Assembly (NCBI GenBank): GCA_009602725.1
Contig: WELB01000019.1
Span: 32,117 to 78,071, forward strand
DNA: 45,955 nt
Source: Spirogloea muscicola
Taxonomy: Eukaryota
Direction of reading: 5' to 3'
Shown: one piece after another, positions 1 to 12,468 of the stretch
Numbering within the stretch: position 1 is the first letter of the stretch
Layout of the letters: every line of letters starts with the position of its first letter
The notes under the pieces: generated by a model
Told to the model about the DNA's origin: nothing
Seen by the model: the letters and a program-made list of their open reading frames with translations, nothing else
The model's database searches: none
Made by a program: the position numbers and the translations under genes

Positions 1-2342
1 GGGCGGCGGCGGCGGCGGTGGAGACGGCGGCGCGCTGCCGGCGGAGGCGCTGCTGGGCGCGGACTTCTACCGCCTCCTGGGCGTGCCGGTCTCGGCGGGC
101 GCCGCCGAGATCCGCGCGGCCTACCGCACCCTGCAGAAGAAGCACCACCCGGACGTCGCGGGCGAGGAGGTGCGGGCCAGACGAGAGGCTAGCGGTCAAG
201 CTCGGATAGAGCACCAACCTACAGGATTGGGGGTCGGGAGTTCAAATCTCTCCGAGCTCGTCGGCAATGGGGGCTGTATCGCCTGGCCCCAGCACATCCT
301 TGGTGGGTGCCCACGTCGGCTTGGCAGCGGTGTTGAGCCGCAGGCTGCCGGCTCCCCCCTCTCCATCGCAGGGCCACCGCATGGCGACGCTGCTGAACCA
401 GGCGTACGACACGCTGATGGACGAGGGGCGGCGCGCGGCGTACGACGGCCAGTGGCACCGCGCCGACGTCGCCGGCTTCGTCGGCTTCACCGGCAAGCCG
501 CTGAGCGCCTGGAACGGCCCGGCCTGGCCGCAGGGCATATTCGTCGAGGAGACTGTCTGCATCGGTGAGCGACTACAATGCTCGTGCCCAGGCCCACTGA
601 GCCCTGTCAAACAGCCACGCTTCTTGCTCCTCTGATCGTCTGACCCCATCACCGCTGGTGGCGCCGCCACTGGCTCCTGGCGCAGGGTGCAAGGCGTGCT
701 ACTTTGTGGCGCCCAACACCTTCGCCATGAACGAGAACACTGGCAGCGCGCATGTCAAGGTGCAGTGGGGCGACCACGAGAGCAAGATCAAGGTGAGCTT
801 GGCCGCTAGGATGAGAGCCCCATTTGCATGGCCAGCACGACCATGCAAACGGGACTGTCAGGTGCATCAGACGGAAGAAGCCATGAGCTTCCATTACTTG
901 CAATTATGAGCTTGGGGAGCATTCACTTTGTGCCTGCACTGTCTGACTCATAGCTTGTCTGGTTTTGCTCTGAGCCACCTCCAGACAGCCAAAGAGGCGT
1001 GCCCAGTTGACTGCATTCATTTGGTCTCCACGGACGACCTCCCCGCACTCGAGTTCCTGATGCAGCCGCGGCAGCGGCAAAGCAACGGCGTGTGCGGCGG
1101 CGGGTGGGAGCACCCTGGCGCCCGCAATGTCTTCGCCGCTGCGCAGCAGCTCAAGCGCAAGCTTATGGAGCAGGAGGAGCAGGGTGCTCGCTCTGGCGCT
1201 GGTACTGGATATGGACTACTCACCTACTTCTTGAACTATTCTTAGTGGCTAATCATCAGCTTCAAGTGAAACAAGATCTGGCTTTTGACAGCCCAATCAA
1301 AATTTTGCTTTGCCTTTTCCACGCGATCATTGCACCACTCGTTTAGCTTGGACTGATGACTCCGGCTGCCTGCCAGGTGGCGAGCCGAGGGAGGAGACGG
1401 CGGCCCAGCGTGCTGCGCGGGAGGCTGCCGACCGAGCCCTCCGGCAGGGCCCCTTGTCGTGGATGTGGGCGTGGGCGGCCGGCTCAGATGCCAGCTATGG
1501 TAGGAGCCAGGCACGGAAGAAGGGAGAGGCCCCCTCGCAGCAGCTCTTTGGCTGGGCCAGCCGCTTGCAGCTCATCCAGTACAGTGTCCAGCCCGGCGAC
1601 GTGGCCAAGGTGAGCCAACAGACCAGTGACTTCAGTAAGTGAGCGAAAGTGTGAACACTGTGGATCCAGCACCTCAGACTAGCCAAGACCGTGTCCACCT
1701 TCAGAGGTTGACAGAGTTGCCGCTCGCCAGTACTTCAGGTGGTTGAGAAGCAGGACAACATAAGCTGTTCACAGAGATCATCTGATGTACATGCCACTAC
1801 TTTCTTAGACATTGCTTTGTTTCAGTGCCCCACCAGAGAGTCAGGTAGTCGTCATTCTGGCAGTCTTGCAAAAGCTTCAGTACGTGCATCGTCGCTGTGT
1901 CTCGTTGTTGCAGGTTGTGGCTTTTGTGCAGGAATGGGCGACAATGTGGGCATCGTCCAGCGAGCTCCCACTGCCGTACCCATTCCGCACAGACCTCCTC
2001 CCACGCGGTGTGGAACTGACATTCATCACAGTGGCGCATGGGTCAACATCAAGCCTGGGCTCGCTGCAGATCGCTGTAGAGCCTGTGCCTGTAGACGCGC
2101 CGCACGCGCCGTACTCGTCCATCAGCCAGTGCCTGCCCTCTGTCGAGGAAATTCTCGAGGAGTCTGACTCAGAGGACAATGACCTGGCCATGGAGAGGTC
2201 ATGGGCACTGAGCGTCGTGCGGAAGGGTGTGACTGGGGATCGTTCCATCCCTGGCGAGGGCCGCGTCCTCCAGCACCTCAGGGATGCACTGGCACGCCGG
2301 GACAACGCCGTTGGCTATGAGGCCTACCATCTGGCGCGCTGA
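1..2342 (+). CDS. DnaJ-ferredoxin J-domain protein (CDJ3/4/5 / DJC76-like, normally plastid-targeted), 5'-partial; exons <1-169, 372-564, 686-792, 985-1183, 1377-1609, 1914-2342
   Basis: J-domain DFYRLLGV...AYRTLQKKHHPD...LLNQAYDTLMD is followed by the Fe-S ferredoxin motif IFVEETVCIGCKAC..VAPNTF...QWGD...ACPVDCIH and a C-terminal WATMWASSSELPLPYPF segment. The GT-AG introns join with consistent phases. Confidence 0.9.
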
Positions 2343-4473
2343 CGTTGCCCTTGCGGCTTCATATTGCGTGCAATTGTTCCCGTGGATCAACTTCGACCAG
2401 ATTGGCAGATCACATAGCTATTAGGCACTTAGCAAGACATACTGAAGGCACTTACTTAGCCAGCTAGGATATGTACAGACAAAAGGAGCTCACCATTTGC
2501 CGAGCACTGGCGAGTATTGCATCTACCAAATATTGCATGACTTTTAGCAGCTTGCTACAAGGTCTAGGCTGCACTTAGCAGTACATACCACGTACATCTG
2601 TATAGACAGGAATAGGTGACATGAGAGAATCTGAAAGAGCAGTTTGTTGCTGGCCATATGACTTTGCCTTGGCTTGTACCTGCTTGTCGCTCTCGCCAAG
2701 GCCCAGGCACAAATATGTCCACTTGGCCTGCGTTTGACTTGCTTGAGGCACCCACTGTACTTTTTAAATATATTTTTGCAAGTAACTAATTTGCAGGAGC
2801 TTTGCACGTTAAGTGCTATTGTGCCGCTCTTCCTGATGCAAATGGCTCGAAGCGGTGCGTGTACAAGCTGCACTTGCCAAGGGCGTTTGTGCTGATAATG
2901 GGCTGCAGCCCCAGCAGCAAGACTCTGAAGCTTCAAGCCCATCCACTCCAGTGATGTCCTGCAGCGTTATCCGATTGCAGCACCTTGTGTGGTAAGCAAG
3001 CCAATCATGCCATCAGTGGCCTTGCGAAGCCAATCAGCCAAATAGCGAGGCACCCTCAGAGGGTAGGCCGACTGGCAGGCTGTCCACTATGCCAGCAACC
3101 ATGCACGATCGCTACACAAGACTGAAGTGTTGGAGCCCAATGCCGATGAGAGGGTGTCTTGCACACGACTCGCATGCAAGTGATAGAATTGCTTGGTCAT
3201 GCCTGTCTGTCCACCCAGCCACCAAGTCCATTACAGCCCTGCGTGTCGCCTGCATGATGTGCTCCAAAGTTTTAGACGGGCTTGAATCTGGCCGGGGGGT
3301 CCCAGCTTCTCAGAACGCTGGTGTGTGCTGATGCACAAGGCATTTCCTGATTGGGGTATACTGCAGCCATTGTGTAAAAGCATCTGATGGCTTCCAACTC
3401 TATCTTTGCGTTCACCAGGCTATCATCGGACCAAAGCGACCTGTCTATGTGCCACTGCAAGTCTGCATAATTTTCCAGCTTTGGTTGGGAGGACATCTGG
3501 GCATGGCAAGGGGCTGCTCCTCTTCGTTAGAGGTGCCTAATTGGCAATCCTTACTACCTGGCTGCTATCATAGCGACTGGTCAGTCGGTCATATGTAGAT
3601 GCACGGCCAGGTCCACTACGGACTTCAAACGCGCTCTCCAGTATGGGTGTGCGCGCAGAGTGTGCAGGCAAATGACTATACATAAAGCGGAGCAGTCAAA
3701 GGCCAATTTCTTGGACTGAGTTCATCTCCACAACATTCTGCCGCCCGAATCTGCCTATAGCACGCACGCACAGGCTGCTGGAGCAGCACTGGCGATGCAT
3801 GCGAGTGAGCTAGTTTAGCCCTTCACACCTGTCACGCTGCTGGTAGCTTGTGCCGCCTTTGTATCGTCACCAACCCCCTGCTTTACTGTGGCTGACAGTG
3901 GCGCTGCTGGCAGACACAGCGAAGCACCAAGCAAGGCAGCTGCATTTTTTGATCCTCGGTAGTCGACTACCCAAAACAGCACATGACAGTACTGAAAATG
4001 TTGATTTTGGTATTATTAAAAGTTGGCAACGCTTTATGCTGCCCGTGCGCCACCTATCAATTAGTGCTGCCAGTATGTTTATTGTAACTCTATAGAAAGA
4101 CAGTGACTACACACCCGTAAACAATGTTCCACTTTCCAGCTCCCTAGGCTCAGGAGGAGCAAATCTCAAGGCACTTTTGCTGACAGCCTCAAGAGCATAC
4201 TCAATGTCCACGACAACACAGCAGCACGTACACCAAATCACACAGCAGATGCAAGTATCACGGTTTTGCAGATGCAACAACATGTGTTTGTGGCTATCGT
4301 GCAAAGGCCTCTGTATAAGTTTGCTAAACAACGTCGTCAGTCCCTCACGCCAAAGCTTGCTGTCCCTCAGGCCAAAGCTTGCCGTCCTTGCTGGAATGCT
4401 GCAAGGCAAGGTGCATACCTGTCCTTGCTTTTAGATATACATCAGTCATGCTGCAGCATACATGAGTAGTTGC

Positions 4474-7268
4474 TTAGTCCACCTCCTCAATGGTCGGACC
4501 ACCATTCCCACCAGAGGGCTTCGCACCTCCGTCGCCCATGTCAGGCGCCTGCGGCCCGCCACCAGCACCTCCATACATCTTGGTGATGATGGGATTTGCA
4601 ATGTTCTCGACCTGCCTCTGCTGGTCTTCAAACTCCTCAACGTCTGCCAGCTGGTTTCTCTCAAGCCAATTCAGCGCCTCCTGTAATTGAAGGGTGACGA
4701 GGATGGGTGTGTGTATGTTAGTGGGATGGCTACGATCAAGTGCCTAGCACGGTCAACAACCTCATAAAGCGTGAAACACAGTCGGCTTGTGAAGTCGACC
4801 CACGAGAAAGCGTATGAGCATGGGCAGCTGCACTGACTTGGATGGCATCCTCTATCTTCTCTCTGTCCGAAGGGTCCAGCTTGCCAGCCACGTTTTCGTC
4901 TCGAAGCGTGTTGCGCAGATTGTAGACGTAGTTTTCTAGCTGATTCTTGGCCTCCACCTTTCTGCGAGCTTCAGCATCTTCCTCTTTGTACTTCTCGGCA
5001 TCCTGCACAAATTAGTCGAAGAGGCAGTCAAGCACTTAATTGTGCACATTGCACACAAGTACAACTTTGCGGCCGAAAGAGAAAGGCAAGGTACCTGCAC
5101 CATCTTCTCTATTTCATCCTTGCTCAAACGCCCCTTCTCATTTGTAATAGTGATCTTGCTCTTCTTCCCAGTGGTTCGATCCTCCGCAGCGACGTTTAAG
5201 ATGCCATTAGCGTCAATATCAAACGTCACGTTTATCTGCGGAACCCCTCTTGGTGCTGGAGGGATGCCTGACAGCTCGAATTTGCCGAGGAGGTTGTTGT
5301 TTGCAGTTCTGGCCCTTTCTCCCTCATAGACCTGCACATTCATGTCGGTGACGATTGTATGCATGAGCAGCCAAAGGGTTGCAGATCAGCAGGTTAGTAT
5401 GCAAGTGAGCAGGAAAGCAGATTATGTGCATGTACTGCTCAAGCTTGGAGACCTCATAGAAGTCACATTGTCATACCTGGATGAGCACTCCCGGTTGGTT
5501 GTCTGAGTATGTGGAGAAGGTCTGCTCCTTCTTTGTGGGGATTGTTGTATTTCGAGGAATGAGAGTGGTCATGACTCCTCCGGCTGTCTCAAGGCCCAGG
5601 CTGAGTGGGGCCACATCCAGCAGAAGGAGGTCCTGCACCTTCTGGCCACCCTCGCCAGTCAAGATGGCTGCCTGGACGGCTGCGCCATACGCAACCGCCT
5701 CGTCGGGGTTGATGCTCTTGCACAGCTCCTGCCCTGAAGTCCTTTAGGAAAGCAATTAGCTGTGTTCTGTCGGCGAAGGAAAGCTGAACATCTGTCTAGA
5801 GCAATTCTTCAGGAGTGCCTGCAAGGTAAGGCCCTCACCATGAAAGAAGTCGGAGAGCATTTGTTGAATTTTGGGAATGCGTGTAGATCCTCCCACAAGC
5901 ACAACCTCAGCAATTTGCTTCTTGTCAAGCTTGGCATCACGAAGGACCTTCTCGACAGGCTCCATGCACTTGCGGAAGAGGTCCATGCATAGCTCTTCAA
6001 AACGAGCTCGGGTAATGGTAGTTTGGTAATCAACGCCCTCGTATAGTGAGTCGACCTGCAACATACTTCATGGTTGAGACCTGGTCGATGGATACAGCAA
6101 GACCCCTCCCTCATCTCTCGCTCTGACCTAGCCTTTCTGTCTGCACATTGCCCAGACGTGATGCATCCCTGTGTCTTTATTCATGCATTGACCCATGTAC
6201 CATGATCAGATACTGCACCTCCTTACCTCAATAGTTGTTTGAGTTGTAAATGACAGCTGCCGCTTGGCACGTTCGCAAGCATTCTTCAGTCGTCGAATGG
6301 CACGGGCATTGTTGCTGATGTCCTTGTTGTACTTCCTGCGGAAGTCTTGGACGCAGTAATTGACAAGGCGGTTATCAAAGTCCTCCCCTCCCAAATGAGT
6401 GTCACCAGCGGTTGCTTTGACCTCGAATATCCCCTCCTCAATAGCAAGCAGGGAGACATCAAAGGTGCCACCTCCAAGGTCAAATATCAGAATGTGATTT
6501 TCCCCCTGCTTAGTGCCCTTCTTGTCCAGGCCGTATGCAATTGCAGCTGCAGTCGGCTCGTTGATCATGCGTATCACGTTCAGCCCGGCTATGGTGCCAG
6601 CGTCCTTCGTGGCCTGGCGTTGTGAGTCATTGAAGTATGCTGGCACTGTAATGACGGCATTCTTCACCACCCTGCCCAAGAAAGCGTCTGATATCTCCTT
6701 CATCTTTCCCAAGACCATTGCTGATATCTCCTCAGGAGTGAAACGCTTGGTTTCACCTTTGTACTTGACCTCTATCAAGGGCTTGTCGCCAGGCCCTTGG
6801 ACCACTTTGAACGGCCACAACTTGATGTCTCGCTGTACAATAGGGTCTGAGAACTTCCGGCCAATCATACGCTTGACATCGTACACTGCACACATGACCA
6901 TTGCCACAAGCATGCTCACCCAATACGAGCAGGCTCAGTCAATCAACCGGAAGCTGCCATAGAAAAGCGGATGTGGCTGCCGATTGACCCATTCAAGAAC
7001 TTCGGACTGATGTCATGACAAAATTTTAGCAAGGCCATGCCATGCATGGAGAGCAACCTGTGTTTTCGGGATTGAGGGCAGCTTGATTCTTGGCGGCCTC
7101 GCCAACCAGGCGTTCGGTGTCGGTGAAGGCCACGAAGGACGGCGTGGTGCGGTTGCCTTGCTCGTTCGGAATGATCTCGACGCGGTCATTCTGCCAGACA
7201 CCAACGCAGCTGTACGTGGTGCCGAGATCGATGCCGACTGCAGGGCCGTCGATTGTTTTGGTCGACAT
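4474..7268 (-). CDS. HSP70: Cytosolic HSP70 chaperone, ~650 aa; exons 7268-7058, 6885-6227, 6055-5839, 5733-5477, 5331-5095, 5002-4838, 4680-4474
   Basis: Signature motifs [52 protein letters not shown] and [17 protein letters not shown] are present, and the C-terminus is GPTIEEVD*. Six GT-AG introns give 1953 nt in frame. Confidence 0.97.
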
Positions 7269-8239
7269 GGAGGCGTCCCAGCGTCGCCGGCCAAGGCCAG
7301 GCGGGCGTGACGGGGTCCGAAGCTGCCAGGAGCAGCAAGACAAGCCGGCGAGGGGCGCCCTGGCGCAGGCGGGAGCTGCAGGCGGGGCAGCGGGGGGGCA
7401 ACCTGGAGCGGCGGCAGAGGCACGGCGTCTGGTGGAGGGGGCGACGAGGAAGCGGGAGCCGACCTGGGCCGCCTGGCTCGAGGCCGGGCCAGGCCGTGCT
7501 CATCGGCGCGGCGGCCATGGCGGCCATGGCGGCCACGGCGCGGACCGCTTCCAGAGGGATCGCGCGAGCGACTGCCCTCCCTCACACCGCCCTCCTCCCC
7601 TTCCCTCGCAAGGAACCCCCTCTCCCCCCATTTGCTTCAAGCCGATATGGGCGCCTCCCCTTCCAAGGCGCTGAGCCCTCCCCTGCCTGCCTAGAGTTCC
7701 CCCCCTCCCGCCCCCCCCGGCCATGCGGAGGTGCCATGCAGCGGCGGCGAGCCGACTTAGGAAGTGGCGGACGTCCTGCCATGGCCATGGCGGCGGGCAC
7801 CGTCAGGTCGATGACGGCCGTCATTAGTGCAGCGTGGTAAGAAGCGCGTATTGTTGCTACTCCATGACTGGCTAGACGTGCATAGCTGCAGCTTGGCTTC
7901 TAACGGTGCAGCGCCCTCCCTCTTCCTACCGTGTCCAACTTGGGACCGAGACTGAGACGTCAAGGCCAGCCGCCCAACATGAAGGCGGCCTAGCAGCGTG
8001 CCGTAAGTTGGTCTTGACCTTGATCAGGAAGAGAACCCCCGTAGTCGGCTCTAATCACACCACATACATACGTCAAGCCAGGTCAGCTTTCTGGTTCTAG
8101 TTGACAAGCATAAGCCGCGGAAGGGAGATTGGCACGACAAGGGGAAAGCACATTCCGGCACAGGGCCGACTCCTAGCCAAACTGCTTCAAGCAATAAGGT
8201 CTTCACCAGTAGGAGCCCCCACAAGGTCGCCTCGGTCGC

Positions 8240-11225
8240 AGGCGTCTGTTTCTTCTTGTGCTTGTTTTCCTTAGCGCTTCCCCTGGCCCCTTCACGTACT
8301 TTGTCCTTTCTTATTTGGGCTGCTTTTCCAGCCCCTATCCTCAATGGGCGAGCACTTTGTTCTGCACCAGCTCTACGGCGTCTAGCGCCCCCAGTCCATA
8401 TTGGCGCCTTCTTCCATTGAAGGAAGCGGACCATCCCCATGCGCCCCCCTGGTGAGGTGGTTCGCCCATCCAAGCATTGACTAACCGCCTTATTCAAGGC
8501 ATAGGCTTCCAGCCATAATATATCGTTAAGAAGCAGTATGTTTTTCTTAGGGCACAGACATAAATTTGGTAGAAGCCAGACCAGATCATGACCTTTGACA
8601 CGTCGGAGGCCTGGACACTTGCCGCTCGCCCGGGCCACATCCCGATGGGTTAACTATGCCCGTTGCCGGGGCATCTCATCGCTCAATGCAGTGGTGCCTG
8701 TGGTCACAGCCACAGTCCCTGAGATGGGTCTCCGTCTCTCTATAGGCATATCGTCGCTATTCTCACGCGCTCGTCTTCCTCGGTCCAGCAACTGACCTCG
8801 TCGAAGCGAAACGACGGCTCGCCCATAGAAAAAGAGGGGCTAGCAATGCCAGAAAAGAATGGACATTTGAAGGGTGGCACCTAAAACTGGAAAAGATAGA
8901 GACTCTTCCTGTCGGAGGGTATGATATAATTGGCCACCGAAAAAGCTAGTTGCCTACTTACGACGACTACCACTCTGGCAGATAAAAGCTACCTTCTGTG
9001 ATACAGATTAAATCGGCACCTTCCTTGGGCCCCACCACCGCGCCCGCCGGGGCCCACCCTCTGCTGTTGCCTTTGGCTCGGCCCCACGTGCCTCTAGTCA
9101 AATGTCACGTGGGCCCCAGCCGCGGGCAACATTGCTCCACTTTGCCCTATCCGCGTCCCCGTCAAGATAAAGCTCACTTGCCTTTCTCCTGGCGAGCCTT
9201 CTTCCTGGCCCCCTTCTCGTACTGTTGTTCATTCTTTTTTGGGCTGGCTTTTCCAGCCCCTATCCTCAATGGGCGAGCCCTTTCTTCTTCTTTCCAAGCG
9301 AAATTGATCTTGGCCTCACGAGCTGGGCACCTGGCTGGTACATTTGGCGAGGAGCGCTGTCACGGCGTAGATTGACACCAAGCAAAACCTGAAAGACTCT
9401 TCCAGCAAAAAGCGAAAGGCAAATTGCCAGCGCACCTTCACGAACATTTCGTAGAAGTCATCGACACCGCAATGCTGCTCTCCATCATGCTCCAACCAGC
9501 AGGCAAGTTGATTGGCATAGACTCCCGCACTGCAGCTTTCTTTTGTGCCTGCTTGAGTTCCAAACTTGCAGCTGACTCTCGCCAACCAGGCATGTCTAGC
9601 GGTTTAGCGTTTTTTTAATCCTCTGGACCTTGTTCATATCTTCGTGGTTGTTAAGCTCTTCCAAAGGGGGCGAGAGAATGCGCGGCCAGATTGACTGGTG
9701 GCTGGGAGAGGCCAGCCCAAAGGAATGGACAAGGTCCGAAGAAGCTGGAGTGCTGAGGACTGAGACATCAGTAAGGAGACTCTCAGTAACCTCTAGTCAG
9801 GGCGAGGGCTGTGAAAGCCAGCCCGAGAAAGTAGAAAGACGCTTCCAGTAGAGGGCGGTGGCTGGGAGAATGAAAGTGGCTCTCCTCAATGGGGACAAGG
9901 GCTGTGATAAGTCAGCCCGAAATAATTGACAAAGTTCGAAGCAGCCAAATCACGAAGGGGCCATAAGCGCAAGCTCAGAACTGGGAGAGGCCAGCCCAGG
10001 AAAAAATGACAAAGTTCGAAGGGGCCAAGGAAAAGGAAACAGCTCGTCCGAATTGACTCGTGGCTGTGAGAGGCCAGCCCAAAGAAGAATGTGCTCGCCC
10101 ATAGAGAAGAGTGGCTGGCAAAGCCAGCCCAGAAAGAATGGACAATATCCCAAGCCAAAGAAAGAGGAGCCGAAAAAAGAACTACAGCCCAAAGGAATGG
10201 ACAAGGAGTGAAGGGGCCGGATGTCTAGTTAGGAGATGCAAGTCGGAATAATTAGCATGTGGAAACACGTCGCCCTGACGGAACCTGGAGGCAGCAGCCA
10301 AGGCGCGGCCTGCACGCAAGTGGACAGCGGTGGTAAGGACTGGACAGGGACCGGAAGACGCTCGTTCTGGAACTCAGGAAGAGATGCTCAATTTCCTGAG
10401 TTGCGGGCTGTGCCCTCAGCAGTTCCTCCCCGTTTGGGGAGGAACTGGCTTCTTGTCGGGTCATTCTTTTTCCCTGGGCCTGCCTCTAACAGCCACAGCC
10501 ATCGCCCCATTTGGGGAGGAACTGGCTTCTTGTCGGGTCATTCTTTTTCCTGGGCTGGCCTCTCACAGCCACCGCCCTGAATTCTTTTTGGGCTGGCTTC
10601 TCACAGCCCTTGCCCCCATTTGGAGAGCCACTTTCTTTTCTTGCTCTTTTCACAGCCACTGCCTTCAATTGGAGGAGCTGTTATTTGGGCAGCCGCATTC
10701 TCTTATTTGGGCGCAGCCACCCGCCTCCTCGTGGGACCGCTCTTGCCCCGGCTAGTCGACGTCAAGGAGCCAGCGCCCCAGCTGGCGGGGGGGGGGGCGG
10801 GGCGCCGTGCCACCTCCGCCCCAGGCCAACCCAAGGAATGAAATCCGAGCCGCCCGGCCTTCCCCCCTCTTTTTGTCGCGTGGCGGCTGTCCTCGCCGAC
10901 GTCCGGCTCACGTGCGCAGCCGGCGCCAAGCGCGCCTGCCAGCCACCCGATGCCGCACATCGGACGGCGCCAAGAACCCCTCTCGGAGTACGATTCTCCC
11001 TAGCCGCCCCGCCGCGGCGGCCCGTGCAGGCTTGTCGCGAGCCGCCGTCCGGATGACACGTGGCGCCCGAACAGCAGGCCGCGTCCGAACGTCGGGCCGG
11101 GGCACCACGAGGGCCCCCGCCCGGCAGACTTGCGTGATATTTTGGGGGAAGCGGGCAGCCAAAAAGGAGTAAGAAAAGGTGGCCAACTACGACGGCAAGC
11201 ACTTGCTGGCGACGTACATCACCTT
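8240..11225. repeat. Mosaic of short 3'-UTR modules of CRE-like non-LTR retroelements in both orientations, including a ~78-bp tandem duplication at ~10429-10578
   Basis: Repeated TTGTCCATTCTTTTTGGGCTGGC...CAGCCC modules and their reverse complements match the 3' UTRs found behind the RLE coding remnants elsewhere in the window. Confidence 0.75.
9320..9665 (-). pseudogene. Possible decayed L1/Tx1-type reverse transcriptase fragment
   Basis: Frameshifted translation gives LNNHEDMNK...LNR*TCLVGESQ and DDFYEMFVKVRWQFAFRFLLEESFRF. These resemble the LINE RT segments LLNxDYKI..LANRL..LV.xxQ and DFxKAFDxVxWxFL...L..FGF. Confidence 0.3.
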
Positions 11226-11584
11226 ATGTACTGTATGCCACCCATTGGAAATGACCGCATTTGTTGTTGCACCCTATTGTAGATTGAGGATACAATAGGT
11301 GAACTGGCCGTGACGTGGCGCACCCCAGAATTTGGGCCTGGGACCGCCAATCTGGCGCCTGCCAGGTCAGCCCCCCCCGCCCTGCCTCGTGGCCCCGGCC
11401 GCGAGTTTGCGGCGGGGGATCGAATCGGCCGCCCCGCAGGGCGGGGCGCTTTTCCGGCGTGGCGGGCCGGCCGTACGCGCGGGGCCCAAAAAGCGCCCCC
11501 CCCCNTCCATTGCCGCTCGCCAAGCAGCGACCCCCCGCAGCGCCCGCGCCCGCGCCCCCACAGCGGCGGCTCGCGGCGGCGGCC

Positions 11585-12468
11585 ATGGAGGCGCTGGAGG
11601 CGCCGCTGGTCATCTCCAGGCCGCTGGAGGACCTCCAGGCGGAGCTGGCGGCCATCCCCATGGCCGCCTGGCACGCCCGCCTCCGCTGGCTGGCCCACCA
11701 GATCCTGCTCCTCCAGGCGGAGGCCGCGGTCGCCCGCTCCGCCGCGGGGGCCTGCTGCCGGGCGCCCGACCCCCTGCGCAAGGCCCGCAAGGCCAAGCGC
11801 CCCGCCCGGCAGGCCTGCTGCACCACCAAGCCCACCAAACGGCCGAGGAAAGCTGGCGCTGCAGCAGCCCTCGACGGGGAGCCGCTGTCTGCTCTCGCCG
11901 TCGAGGAGCCTCAGAGGTGAGCGCCGTCGCACCGGCTGGCCGGTTCACTAACTCTAATGTCGGCCGCCTTTCTGGCTGAATTCTATGCATCCTGCTCTGA
12001 CGGTGAGGGGCCTCGAGGGCTTCCTTAGCGGCGGTTCCCGGCGCGTCGCCGTCACGGCACGTGCAATGCTGCCTTCTGACAGTCGCTCGCCTGATCGACG
12101 CTGCCAGCCCGGCACGGTCCTCGCAGGTGACGCTCGCCGCCGATGCTGCCGTCAGTGCCGTCACTTCGAGCGGCTCGGAAGGTCAAGAGGTTTCTGGACG
12201 TGGGAGTGCCCCTGTGCCCGGCTCCACCGACACAGTGCAGCCTCCTGTGACAAGTAGTACCTGTCAAACTGCCGCGGAGGACAACCAGGTGGTGCCGGTG
12301 GTGCCCCGCCGCCAGCAGTCCGCTCGCGCCTCTCACAAGCTCGTGAGCCGCCCTCTGGGCCCGTCGGTGAGGAAAGCGTCCAGCCAGGAGTCGCTGAGCG
12401 CTTCTGGCACAGCCCTGACCGAGGCTCACGAGGAGGAGGTGCAGTCTACCTGCATGAAGCAGTTGTGA
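11585..12468 (+). CDS. Hypothetical spliced protein; exon 1 ~11585-11916, downstream exon(s) ~12083-12468, frame unresolved
   Basis: GCCATGG start context, strongly GC3-biased codons (MEALEAPLVISRPLEDLQAELAA...), a GTGAGC donor at 11917 and a CTGACAG acceptor at ~12082. No recognisable domain. Confidence 0.35.

Noticed and set aside
2400..4400. Additional gene between the DnaJ-ferredoxin and HSP70 genes
   Set aside because: Only short ORFs without recognisable motifs or a consistent splice model are present.
5042..6962. Plus-strand ORFs 5042-5329, 5481-5747 and 6513-6962
   Set aside because: These are antisense shadows of HSP70 exons.
1..7268. Functional DnaJ-HSP70 gene pair
   Set aside because: The genes are convergent and ~2 kb apart, but this J-protein family is normally plastidial while the HSP70 is cytosolic type (EEVD). 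Adjacency alone is not evidence of partnership.
7270..7900. Heat-shock elements upstream of HSP70
   Set aside because: I found no convincing array of three or more alternating nGAAn units by eye.
8310..8360. HDV-like ribozyme in the GGGCTG...CCCCTATCCTCAATGGGCGAGC module
   Set aside because: A P3/L3-like segment is present, but there is no GG for P1.1, no P4 and no catalytic C-containing J4/2. The module also lies at element 3' ends rather than 5' ends.
10236..11979. Numerous overlapping 100-240 aa ORFs in GC-rich or repeat DNA (likewise at 24.3-26.8 kb)
   Set aside because: They are expected from stop-codon scarcity at high GC or from translating UTR repeats, and they show no domain signal.
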